Shown piece by piece: positions 55,217-64,000 of a DNA stretch of 64,000 bases; position 1 is the first letter of the stretch; each line of letters starts with the position of its first letter. The stretch is taken from contig CAVSHT010000003.1 of the NCBI GenBank assembly GCA_963727895.1, forward strand, positions 192,001 to 256,000. Reading direction: 5' to 3'. The position numbers and the translations under genes were made by a program. The notes beneath the pieces are model-generated. The model searched no databases. It was not told the origin of the DNA and saw only the letters and a list, made by a program, of their open reading frames with translations. This DNA comes from an uncultured Methanosarcinaceae archaeon. Its GTDB lineage: Archaea > Halobacteriota > Methanosarcinia > Methanosarcinales > Methanosarcinaceae.

Positions 55217-55978
55217 TTAGAATCCCAGCTTTTTTACGATACTTTCGATTTCTACTGCAGCAATCGAGTCATCAGAGATTTCGAAGAGAGGTATGCCTTT
55301 TATATCCATTTCCTCAATTTTCGGATCGAGGGGGATCATACCTATCATATTAAGTTTCAGGTCCCCGGCCAATTTGACAAGCTTATCGCGGTTAGTATCT
55401 GTAACCTTGTTTGCAATAACGTGAATCTGACCAATATTTGAGTCCAGTTCATCCACGAGTTCATGAATTCTTTCAGCAGTCCTAAATCCCCTTCGAGAGG
55501 CGTCTGTTACGACAATAAGATCATCTATGTCCCGAATTATTTTCCGGCTGAAATGTTCAAGCCCAGCCTCTGCGTCAATGATAACTACATCATAATTCAT
55601 GATCAGTTTATCCATGATGCCCCGAAGAAGGTTGTTTACATAACAATAACAACCTGACCCTTCGGGTCGGCCCATGACCAGGAGATCATAGCCCGGCATT
55701 TCTTCAATGATCTCATAAATCTTGCTTTTGAGTACGGCTTCTTTATTCATATCGGGATTGTCAGGCCTTGGTTTGGTGATTTCGGCCTGTAAATACTCCT
55801 TTGCATCTCCGATTGTTTTTACGTTCTCACAGCCAAGAGTCTCAGGAAGGTTAGTGTCTGCATCTGCATCAACTGCCAATAGAAACTTACCTTTTTTGGA
55901 AAGGGAGCGGATCAGAAGAGCCGCTACCGCTGTTTTACCAGTCCCACCTTTTCCCGTTATTGCAATTACCTTTGTCAC
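55217..55978 (-). CDS. cooC: CODH/ACS nickel-insertion ATPase (CooC/AcsF type)
   Basis: GKGGTGKT, DADAD, GCYC, DAEAGLEH. Confidence 0.9.
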   Translation of the reverse strand: MTKVIAITGKGGTGKTAVAALLIRSLSKKGKFLLAVDADADTNLPETLGCENVKTIGDAKEYLQAEITKPRPDNPDMNKEAVLKSKIYEIIEEMPGYDLLVMGRPEGSGCYCYVNNLLRGIMDKLIMNYDVVIIDAEAGLEHFSRKIIRDIDDLIVVTDASRRGFRTAERIHELVDELDSNIGQIHVIANKVTDTNRDKLVKLAGDLKLNMIGMIPLDPKIEEMDIKGIPLFEISDDSIAAVEIESIVKKLGF

Positions 55979-56038
55979 AAAATACCCCATCGGATTGTTT
56001 TTCGTCTTAGATGATTATCTGTAGTCATCTAACTACGT

Positions 56039-57463
56039 TTATTCCTTCTTCTCTCTGATGGTCATTTTTTCAATGGTGATCTTTGCCTTCTTGAAGGTGA
56101 TCTTAACTCCACCAGCTTTACCACCAGCAGGCATCATTGGCATTGAAGCCATTGCAGGCATCTGGAAACCGGCTGCAGGCATCATCATAGGAGCTGCTGC
56201 AACGGCTACTTCCTCTTCTTCCTCTTCTTCTTCCTCCTCTTCTTCCTCTTCTTCCGCAGCTGCCCAGCTGGCAACTACAGGATGGTTCTTCTCTGTCAGG
56301 AAAGCTTTCAAGGATTCAATGTCAGTTGCATCGTTTTCAGTTGCTATCTTGTCTATAATGTCTGCAGGGATGGTTTCGGCAATCTTTTCCTTGAGCATCG
56401 AAGGTAGCCAGACAACTCTGTTCCAACCGCCATCAGCCTGGATGAACTTTGGAGAATAGAAATAAGCTACACCTATACCGAGGAAACCTACTATCTGCTT
56501 TCCACCGCCTGTCTGACCTGCCATAGTGGAGAATCCAAGGCCGTTAGGGGCCATTCCCTGATATTCTCTGTTAACCCAGCCGATACCATCAACTTCAGGA
56601 ATGTAGAATCCTACTACTTCAAAGCAGCCACAAGAGGTGTGTGGGGAGTCGAAGAAGGAGTGAAGTTTAATTTTGCTAAATTCTCCACTTGAAAGCTTTA
56701 CAGCAATGTCGTTGACACCAGAGTATTCACCGGTATTGGCATCAATAAGTTCACCCTTTTCAATTGCGAACTGTGGGCCTTCTGGGTCTACTTTTGCTGC
56801 TGCACGACCGTCGAACCAGTTGATTGCACCACAGAGAGAAACTCTGTCAGGAGAAACTACACAGACATTGGTTGGAGCAAAAGACTGGCAGAGAGTACAT
56901 CCATAGAAGACATCGACATCCTCATCGCGGAGGTCTTTTGTCCTGGCATCTCTTGCCTTGAAAATCTCTTTTGCCTCTACCATCTTCTTCTCTACTTCTT
57001 CTTTGTCGGTATAGAAGATCACCTGCATTTTCTCGATAAATGGCAGTTCTGTCTTAAAGAGCATCATGACGGCTTTTCCGAAGGGCTCAAAAGAGTCCAT
57101 CTTTCCAGCTGTGTCCTTAGAAACTCTCATCCAGACATCATACCTCTGATTCAGGTGCATAATGCCCTGGCAGTAGTTAATGAAGTCATGGACACGCCTT
57201 TCGACGACAGACTCAAGGTCAGGTTCTACAAGTTCTCCACCGATGTTGAAGATCATTGCCCATGGGTAGGTTTTGCCCTCTTCCATATCTTTAAGATCGG
57301 GACCAATAATTGTAACCTTGTCATCTTCAATTGCGTCCATGTCTGCTGCTCTGACAAGTTCCAAACCCAGAGACTTTGGGCCACCGAGTTCAACGAACAT
57401 TCCTTCTTTTCTTACTCTTTCTCCTTCAAACATTGGGGAAATCTCAAATGGGAATTCTGCCAT
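56039..57463 (-). CDS. cdhC: ACDS complex beta subunit (acetyl-CoA synthase)
   Basis: CTLCQSFAP, LCGAI, HTSCGCFE; acidic poly-Glu linker. Confidence 0.97.
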   Translation of the reverse strand: MAEFPFEISPMFEGERVRKEGMFVELGGPKSLGLELVRAADMDAIEDDKVTIIGPDLKDMEEGKTYPWAMIFNIGGELVEPDLESVVERRVHDFINYCQGIMHLNQRYDVWMRVSKDTAGKMDSFEPFGKAVMMLFKTELPFIEKMQVIFYTDKEEVEKKMVEAKEIFKARDARTKDLRDEDVDVFYGCTLCQSFAPTNVCVVSPDRVSLCGAINWFDGRAAAKVDPEGPQFAIEKGELIDANTGEYSGVNDIAVKLSSGEFSKIKLHSFFDSPHTSCGCFEVVGFYIPEVDGIGWVNREYQGMAPNGLGFSTMAGQTGGGKQIVGFLGIGVAYFYSPKFIQADGGWNRVVWLPSMLKEKIAETIPADIIDKIATENDATDIESLKAFLTEKNHPVVASWAAAEEEEEEEEEEEEEEEVAVAAAPMMMPAAGFQMPAMASMPMMPAGGKAGGVKITFKKAKITIEKMTIREKKE

Positions 57464-57488
57464 TATTATTCGCCTCCTAAATCAAAAG

Positions 57489-58001
57489 TTATAATGCGTT
57501 AATAAGTTCATCCAGGGCAGCATAGTGGTCTGCCTTACTCAGGTTCCCAAAGGAAATTGTTGCGTTCTGGATATAATTTCTGTCAATTGCTATTGCTTTT
57601 ACATCTGAAAAGTTCTTTGTTCCGGACAGTACCTGATTAATATAGTATTTTATGTGTCCCAAAACAATGAGTGTATCATAGGTTCCGTTACCATCTAGCC
57701 CTGGCCAGTTAGGGTCAGTTACATAAAAGCCGAGCTGGTGCAGGTTGATGTACTTGGCATTAACATCCTTGTCCACAAAGCCAGGCATTGAGCTGCCAGT
57801 TGCTGCAATAGGGATGTTTTTTGCTTTTGCAATCTTCACTGCCCTGTCAAGGAGTTCAGGGTCAAGTATTTTAGTCCCAACCACAAGAAGTGGCCTCTTT
57901 GCCTTTGATATCAACTTAGCTGCTATCTCAGGGGTGGTCACTTTGGAAGTTGTTACTCCGTAACTGGTGAAGAGCTTGGTGTTTTTGGTAGTGTCTACCA
58001 T
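57489..58001 (-). CDS. cdhB: ACDS complex epsilon subunit
   Basis: [11 protein letters not shown]...AKRPLLVVG...WPGLDGNG. Confidence 0.95.
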   Translation of the reverse strand: MVDTTKNTKLFTSYGVTTSKVTTPEIAAKLISKAKRPLLVVGTKILDPELLDRAVKIAKAKNIPIAATGSSMPGFVDKDVNAKYINLHQLGFYVTDPNWPGLDGNGTYDTLIVLGHIKYYINQVLSGTKNFSDVKAIAIDRNYIQNATISFGNLSKADHYAALDELINAL

Positions 58002-58003
58002 TT

Positions 58004-60427
58004 TCAGACCCCCTTGCAAAGTCTCTTGAGGTTAGTTGGCTGTGCTGAGACATCGAACTTGATCTTCGGACCAGAGATAATTTTCTTCCTCTTCCAGTCT
58101 ATTTCCCAGCCGTGCTCTGTTTCCAGTCTCTTGAGAAGTGATTCACGCTTGGCAAGTGGGAGGTCAGCTTCGGTTCTGACGAACTTCCACCAGTCTTCAG
58201 GCTCTACACCGAGGTACTTCAAGGAAAGCTCCATCCAGTGGGTCAGCTTTATAGATCTGCCCATGCTGTTGTCGGACGGGCGGATACAGGCTTTTGCCAT
58301 CATTGGGATTGCTTCCTGCCAGGTTTCTGCAGTTGTCAACAGGAATTCCGGTGCTGGTGGGATATTCATCTCTGAGCCGTCTCTGGCATCATAAACTTTC
58401 CACTTTGACTCATCATAATTCTTGGCAATCAGGGCTCTTCTGTACTTGGAACCGTGGGGGCCGAGAACTGCCGGAATACCATATATATTACATCCGGTAC
58501 CGATTGCAGCTGCCTTCTGTGAGTATCCACCCCAGGCAAGTCCACATGCACCTACACGATTGAGAGTGTAGTCTGCAATTTCAGCAAGGTTCCCTGCCAT
58601 GGTTCTCTGGGCAAAGATTCCGGCAACTTTCTCTGCGGCTCCACTGATATGTGCATTGGACACGCAGGAACCAGTGTTAAGCAGTCCACCGCCTGCGAAT
58701 GTGCCAGGGTACTTTTCGTAAAGGGTCTTGCCTTCTTCATCCTTGTACATGCCAATGTCCATTGCGGAACATCCGCTCACAGCCAGGAGGTAGTTTCTTT
58801 TCAGGAACTCTTCGGCAATGAGATAGACATCTTTAGTACCGGCTGGATAGTTGGGGCATCCGATGATTGCGATGATGCCTGGGGTAGTTCCCATAACGAG
58901 GTTCAGGCCTTCTTTCCTGATTTCCGCGTCACTTGCCTGTCCTCTTCCGGCTCTGACCAATCCTTTCTCTTCGCTGATAGCCTTCTGTGCAGCCTTCTCA
59001 ATTACGTTCAGGATTGGGATTTCTTTCTTACATACCTGTTCGCAACGGCGGCATCCGATACATACATCGTGAAGGGCTTCGAGGTACTCGTAGCTTCCCT
59101 TCGATGCATATTCCAGAGCTTCTGGAATATCAAGCTCTTCTGGACATGCAAGCAAGCATTCTCCGCACTTGACACACTTGTCAACGTATTCCTTGAATTC
59201 CTCATCACTCGGGATTGCTGTTATGCCTTCTGCGTCGCGGATTGGAGCCATTACATTAGCAAGCTTAGGGACAAGTTCTCCAAGCTTTTCATAGTTAAGC
59301 ATTACACAACCAGGAATTGCTCCTGACTTTAATTCCTCAATTATTGAATCCACATCTGCGTCTGTACGGTCCGGTAGGCCCATCATGATCTTTTCATTGG
59401 AAGCGATAACAGGGATCTTGAGCTTCTGGGATTCTGACAGAACATCACCGCGGACGCACTGTTCGTCGACAACAATTACATCAGGCATTCCGGAACGAAT
59501 AACCTTCAGTTCTTTGGCCAGGGATCCTACGATCTTTGCGTATGGAGCTCTCCTGTCAGCCTCCTTATATCTGGTCATATCGAATGCAGTACAGCAAAGC
59601 CCGGCAATTTCCATCTTGTCGGTCAGGTTGTTGTCTTCCATATAGTCCATAATATAAGTTACACCAGCAACATTGTGTCCTATTGCGACAATAAGCGGCT
59701 TGGACTTGTCTATGGATCCCATGCCGATTTCTATAAGTGGGGCTTCAGGGTCAGCTTTCGGGAAATCATATGCTGAAACTTGGGCAATGTCAGAAACTTC
59801 CATTCCAACGTGGTCAAGACTGCCGCTGAAAAGAGCTTTTGAATCATAGTCAATTTCTGCGCTTTCCTGTCCTGCGTGGATAGTTGCAAGGAGCTGAGTG
59901 AGCTCTTCTTCAACGTACTCCATTGGAGCTCTACATTCCCCAAGGGTCTTCGGACTATAGCCTGTACAGATTGTGACATTTGGTGTCAGGACATTAGATT
60001 CTCCAAGATTAATTGGGTAGTCTTCACCAAAGACCTCTATCACATGTTCAAGCAGGTGACGACCATGTGCAGCGTGACATGCAGTACCTGTAATTACACG
60101 AAGGAAGAATTCCCTTCCTGTGTGGCCTGCCATGTCAATACCACAGGCACCTCTCTTGTTTTTAGATAGGTCACATGGTCCATAAGTACAGTAACAGCAC
60201 TGATCACACATGGGGGTTAATACAGGCTCATAGCGGTTGAGCAGGAGGAAGTTCCAGTCATTTCTATAAGCTGCCATATTTGCCAGAGGAGTCGGACCCC
60301 TCGGGCCAAGTTCTTCCTCTTTTGTTTCTTTGGCAACCTCCTTTGCTGCACCTACAATATTATTAATAGTGATCTGAACGGATTCCAGATCTTCTATAGA
60401 AAAACTCCCGGTAGTTAGTTTGCTCAT
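58004..60427 (-). CDS. cdhA: ACDS complex alpha subunit (CO dehydrogenase)
   Basis: [12 protein letters not shown], two ferredoxin-type CxxCxxCxxxC motifs, GSCVSN. Confidence 0.97.
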   Translation of the reverse strand: MSKLTTGSFSIEDLESVQITINNIVGAAKEVAKETKEEELGPRGPTPLANMAAYRNDWNFLLLNRYEPVLTPMCDQCCYCTYGPCDLSKNKRGACGIDMAGHTGREFFLRVITGTACHAAHGRHLLEHVIEVFGEDYPINLGESNVLTPNVTICTGYSPKTLGECRAPMEYVEEELTQLLATIHAGQESAEIDYDSKALFSGSLDHVGMEVSDIAQVSAYDFPKADPEAPLIEIGMGSIDKSKPLIVAIGHNVAGVTYIMDYMEDNNLTDKMEIAGLCCTAFDMTRYKEADRRAPYAKIVGSLAKELKVIRSGMPDVIVVDEQCVRGDVLSESQKLKIPVIASNEKIMMGLPDRTDADVDSIIEELKSGAIPGCVMLNYEKLGELVPKLANVMAPIRDAEGITAIPSDEEFKEYVDKCVKCGECLLACPEELDIPEALEYASKGSYEYLEALHDVCIGCRRCEQVCKKEIPILNVIEKAAQKAISEEKGLVRAGRGQASDAEIRKEGLNLVMGTTPGIIAIIGCPNYPAGTKDVYLIAEEFLKRNYLLAVSGCSAMDIGMYKDEEGKTLYEKYPGTFAGGGLLNTGSCVSNAHISGAAEKVAGIFAQRTMAGNLAEIADYTLNRVGACGLAWGGYSQKAAAIGTGCNIYGIPAVLGPHGSKYRRALIAKNYDESKWKVYDARDGSEMNIPPAPEFLLTTAETWQEAIPMMAKACIRPSDNSMGRSIKLTHWMELSLKYLGVEPEDWWKFVRTEADLPLAKRESLLKRLETEHGWEIDWKRKKIISGPKIKFDVSAQPTNLKRLCKGV

Positions 60428-60830
60428 TTGAGCTTTACCTCCTAAATTTGTTTAAAGTCGACTTCACCAAGACGATTGCAATTGTTATAATCGGCATATT
60501 CTTCATGATTATACATTATATATTTTGCCGTCTACTTAAAGCTACAATCGTTTAAGTAAATGCTTTTCTGGTAAGACGCTTTTAGATATTTCTTTAAACT
60601 TTTAAGTATTATACCAGCGTTTTTTCAAATAAAGCGTTTTTAAAGGAAATATTTCCTTACAAAAGTCGTTTTTAGGGTTTAATATGCTCTACAAAATTGT
60701 TTTTACGCCCTGTGTCTCAAAAAAACTGTTTTTGCCAACGATTGAGACCTTAATCCTAAGCAGAGGTCGCTACCGATGGATAATAAACACTAACTAAATC
60801 TCTTAATGTACCAAATCTATATAACATTTT
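60428..60830 (-). promoter_or_regulatory. cdh promoter and long (~370 nt) 5' leader
   Basis: Minus-strand TTATATAG at about 60817-60824, about 390 nt upstream of the cdhA ATG; long regulated cdh leaders are known in Methanosarcina. Confidence 0.55.
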
Positions 60831-61913
60831 CTAATTTGTAACGCGTTATTTCGTTAGGAAGATAAAGGAAATATCGAAATCAGTAGACTTTACAAATTTG
60901 TTTAATTTATCTATTCAAAAAATGTAGTTGAGCCGGATGATGTCGATTTTTTATTATGCCTTTTTTTGGTACATTTATTTTTCTATTATGTGTTACTATT
61001 TGTTATAAATCATACTCTTTTTTACTTTAAAAACAAAAAAGTATAAAATTATTTATTACTGAATATTATATTAATCTTTAATTAAAAACCATTTTTCCTG
61101 AAAGTATCTTGTATTATATTTTCTATAATTATTAATTCCTATTTATATTTGCAATGTAAATAATCAAATGAAAACTTATTTATAGGCTTAGGGCTCCCCT
61201 GCAGATTTACACTGTGAACGCTGTAAACGGTTTTTGGAGTCATCCTAAAAAAACATACCTATAATCTACTCTTTTTAAATATTAATTTAAATATTTTTCA
61301 ATTTAAATAAAATCCATCTCAATTTATATAGACATTGGTTTATTCTTTGAGTGATCATTTCTGAACCTCTTAGTTACATAAAAAATGTAAGAGCATCTTA
61401 AAGGGTCGAATTCAACTTCTTTCCTTTCAAATTTGAGTTTATCTAATTAAAACTATCATTTAAAAATAAACTGATATATTTAGATATAATCTTTATAAAT
61501 AAGGTGAATTTAAACCAATGTATCCAGAATTTACTGGCTTGAATTTAAAACATTTATATTCTAATCTATTCAATTTGATTTTACAATTCTTTCTAAAATT
61601 AGTATTTTACTTCAAATATTGCATATAACATGTATTTACGTTTAGTCAGCATTTCAACCTTTAAAGATAAAGTTATACGCAGTTAAAAGTATTCTAATAA
61701 TTAAATATTATTTAATGGCTTTGTATGCGAATCTGTACTTCGGAAGTTAATCTATTACTTTTGGGACCGATTATGCACTGATATTAAAATCTCTGCCAAC
61801 GATCTAATCTGTAATGGTTTTGAATTTAAATCGGTCTTATACAATATTAAACCGGAGAGTTATTGAAAATATGTTTAAACTTAATACATTTTACATTCCA
61901 GGAGGTGAAATCG

Positions 61914-62538
61914 ATGGCAGGTAAAAATTCTGTTTTTGCAAGCCCTTCGATGGTAATCATTGTTCTTTGCGTACTTTCGTTCTTATTAGAAATGATTCCG
62001 GGCATAGGTGAAATATACATAAGCGTTTTTCAGTTTGATCCTTCTTCTCTTATGACAAGGCCTTGGACGCTTATTACATATATGTTCTTGCACAGTGGTT
62101 TGGTTCATCTTTTTCTCAATATGCTTGTCCTGTACTTCTTTGGAACAGCATTTGAAAGACGTGTTGGAAACAAACAGCTTCTAGCAGTTTTTTTCACTGC
62201 AGGAGTTCTATCGGCAATAGGATATGCTTTCCTGAGCAGGCCCATTTTTAATATCTCTCCTGGCGCGATGATTGGTGCAAGTGGAGCTATTTATGGAGTT
62301 TTTTCAGCTCTTGCAATACTTGAACCAGATATGCTTGTCTATGTCTACTTTGTTCCAATGAAACTAAAATCATGCCCTGGTGCTTTTTGCTCTAATTGAT
62401 TTTCTGATGGTAAACTCATCGGATATGATCGCTCATACCGCTCACCTTAGTGGAATATTTGTAGGCATCTATATGGGTTTCCGTATCAAGAAAATTCAGG
62501 AAAATGCTCTTAGAGCTAGGTATATTGGCAGGTGGTAA
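61914..62538 (+). CDS. Rhomboid-family intramembrane serine protease; +1 frameshift near 62370
   Basis: PWTLITYMFLH...HLFLNM, GASG catalytic Ser, restored AHLSG catalytic His; 625 nt = 208 codons + 1. Confidence 0.9.
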
Positions 62539-62954
62539 GTTTGGAAAGGGATATACTTCTCAAGGGCGCTTCTTACTATCCCAGGCCTGCACCAGAAGAA
62601 AAAATCCCTATTCAAGTCTTGAATTTCAGAAAGCTATTTGCAGCCTGGTCTCCAGAACTGAAAAAGACTCTGTATTTTGAAATAAAGCCTGAAGAGGAAA
62701 ACCTGAAACGAATACGGGAAATTACTCTTCTCCAAATATATGATTGGCTTGCAGGTAGAGAAGGATTAATAGAGGTAACTGACACAGAATTTAAGCAGTT
62801 TATGGAAGTTTATAAGGCTTTCTTAACTAAGCTTGGAGAAATCCAATACTTTCGGCGTAAAAGAGGGAGAAAAATCGAAAATTTCTTTGAGCTCAAGGAA
62901 TTTCCGTATGTTATTCGGGAAGTAAAAAAGGGGTTCTTTTCCGATAAATTATAA
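62532..62954 (+). CDS. Hypothetical protein
   Basis: 140-aa ORF overlapping the restored rhomboid stop. Confidence 0.7.
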   Translation: MVSLERDILLKGASYYPRPAPEEKIPIQVLNFRKLFAAWSPELKKTLYFEIKPEEENLKRIREITLLQIYDWLAGREGLIEVTDTEFKQFMEVYKAFLTKLGEIQYFRRKRGRKIENFFELKEFPYVIREVKKGFFSDKL

Positions 62955-63084
62955 TAACTAATGTACTTATATCATAATGTATTTTTTTAGATCGGAACCT
63001 TATCCTGCATGAGTTTCTTTCTATCCTTTATCCGGAAAAATTTCTGATTTCCAATTAGATATTTTCCTGAAGGCTAAAACCGTA

Positions 63085-63824
63085 GGCATTGGTAAACAAA
63101 AATAGTTATATACTATTAGAAAGTATATTTCTTCATTAACTGCCCAAAATGTAATAATTCCAGTCACAAAAAGAATGGTATAGTTGGTGGGCGTCAACGC
63201 TACAAATGCTCTGATTATGGCTATAACTATACAGTAGAGCTAAAATCAACTGCTTTTTCCGCCTCTGTAAAAATACAGGCTTTACAACTCTATCTTGAAG
63301 GATTGGGCTTTCGCTTAATAGGACGATTTTTAGGGGTAAGTCATGTTTCTGTCCAAAGATGGATAAAGAAATTTGGTCAAGAGTGAGAGGACCTAAAAAG
63401 TGAAAATGAGATATCTATTGTTGAAATGGATGAGATGCACACTTACATCGGTAACAAAAAAAATATTGCTGGATCTGGATTGCTGTTGATAGAGTTGGGA
63501 AAAAGTTCATCAACTGCTCTTTTGGTAGCAGAGGAACGGAAACTGGAAAACTACTCTGGGAAAAATTGAAGAAAAAAGAGATTGGAGAAGTGATGACAGA
63601 TCACTGGAGAGCATATGCAAAGTTTCTTCCAGAAAAGATCCATACTCAATCAAAAGCAGAAACGTATACTGTTGAAGGATATAACAGCATATTGAGGCAT
63701 TTTCTGGCAAGGTTGAGAAGAAAGACAAAGTGTTATACGAAGAGTCTTGAAATGCTAAAGTACTCGGTTATTCTATTGATGAAATAAAGAAATAAAGAAC
63801 TAGATATATTTAAGTAACAATACC
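63085..63824 (+). mobile_element. IS1-family copy E
   Basis: Ends GGCATTGGTAAAC / GTAACAATACC; 7/8 target duplication aaaccgta / aaactgta; ATT start, internal TGA, early TAA. Confidence 0.93.
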
Positions 63825-64000
63825 AAACTGTATACTTTGATTGCCTTATTATGCAAACGTTTTACTACAGAAAAGCAGATATAATGTATCTATAATGTAT
63901 CAATCGGATTGTAAAATCGGATTGTATGCAAGTTGTAGTATTAAATATTTGAATCTTATAATTTCGGAACTTAAAACCTAAGAACTTAAAACCTAAGAGT

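Noticed and set aside
56209..56253. Poly-Glu microsatellite in cdhC as a novelty
   Set aside because: An acidic linker is a normal feature of the Methanosarcina ACDS beta subunit, and the codons are mixed GAA/GAG
52296..60169. Numerous + strand ORFs overlapping cdh genes (likewise over nif, proS and ftsZ)
   Set aside because: Antisense shadows of real genes with no recognisable motifs

Overview
Archaeal chromosome segment from a Methanosarcina-type methanogen. It has five main parts. (1) An ars-type permease/thioredoxin/ynfA/corA region. (2) A nitrogen-regulon region: glnK-amtB, a second amtB, and the Mo-nitrogenase cluster nifH-I1-I2-D-K-E-N, with NrpR-like operators. (3) Glycolytic genes (class I aldolase, pyruvate kinase) and a tRNA-Asn/Ile2/Asn cluster. 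(4) A block of core genes: cobT, proS, ZPR1, sepF, ftsZ, aCPSF1/fttA, psmB, tfe, NMD3. (5) A complete ACDS/CODH operon, cdhABC-cooC-cdhDE. Mobile DNA comprises five degenerate IS1-family copies, one IS630 and MITE/IS-end remnants; three of the IS1 copies visibly break host genes. Many genes (nifH/I1/D/E/N, both amtB, aldolase, rhomboid) are frameshifted almost only by single-base insertions, which looks more like long-read consensus error than real decay. The most promising unexplained signals are a promoter-bounded ~90-nt stem-closed RNA with two C-rich anti-RBS-like loops (38.5 kb), a three-gene Cys-rich microprotein cluster (29.7-30.3 kb), a six-fold tandem amplification of the fttA ribosome-binding region, and a tandem YnfA pair with unequal charge bias. 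No CRISPR array was seen. All calls come from reading the sequence by eye; no searches were run.
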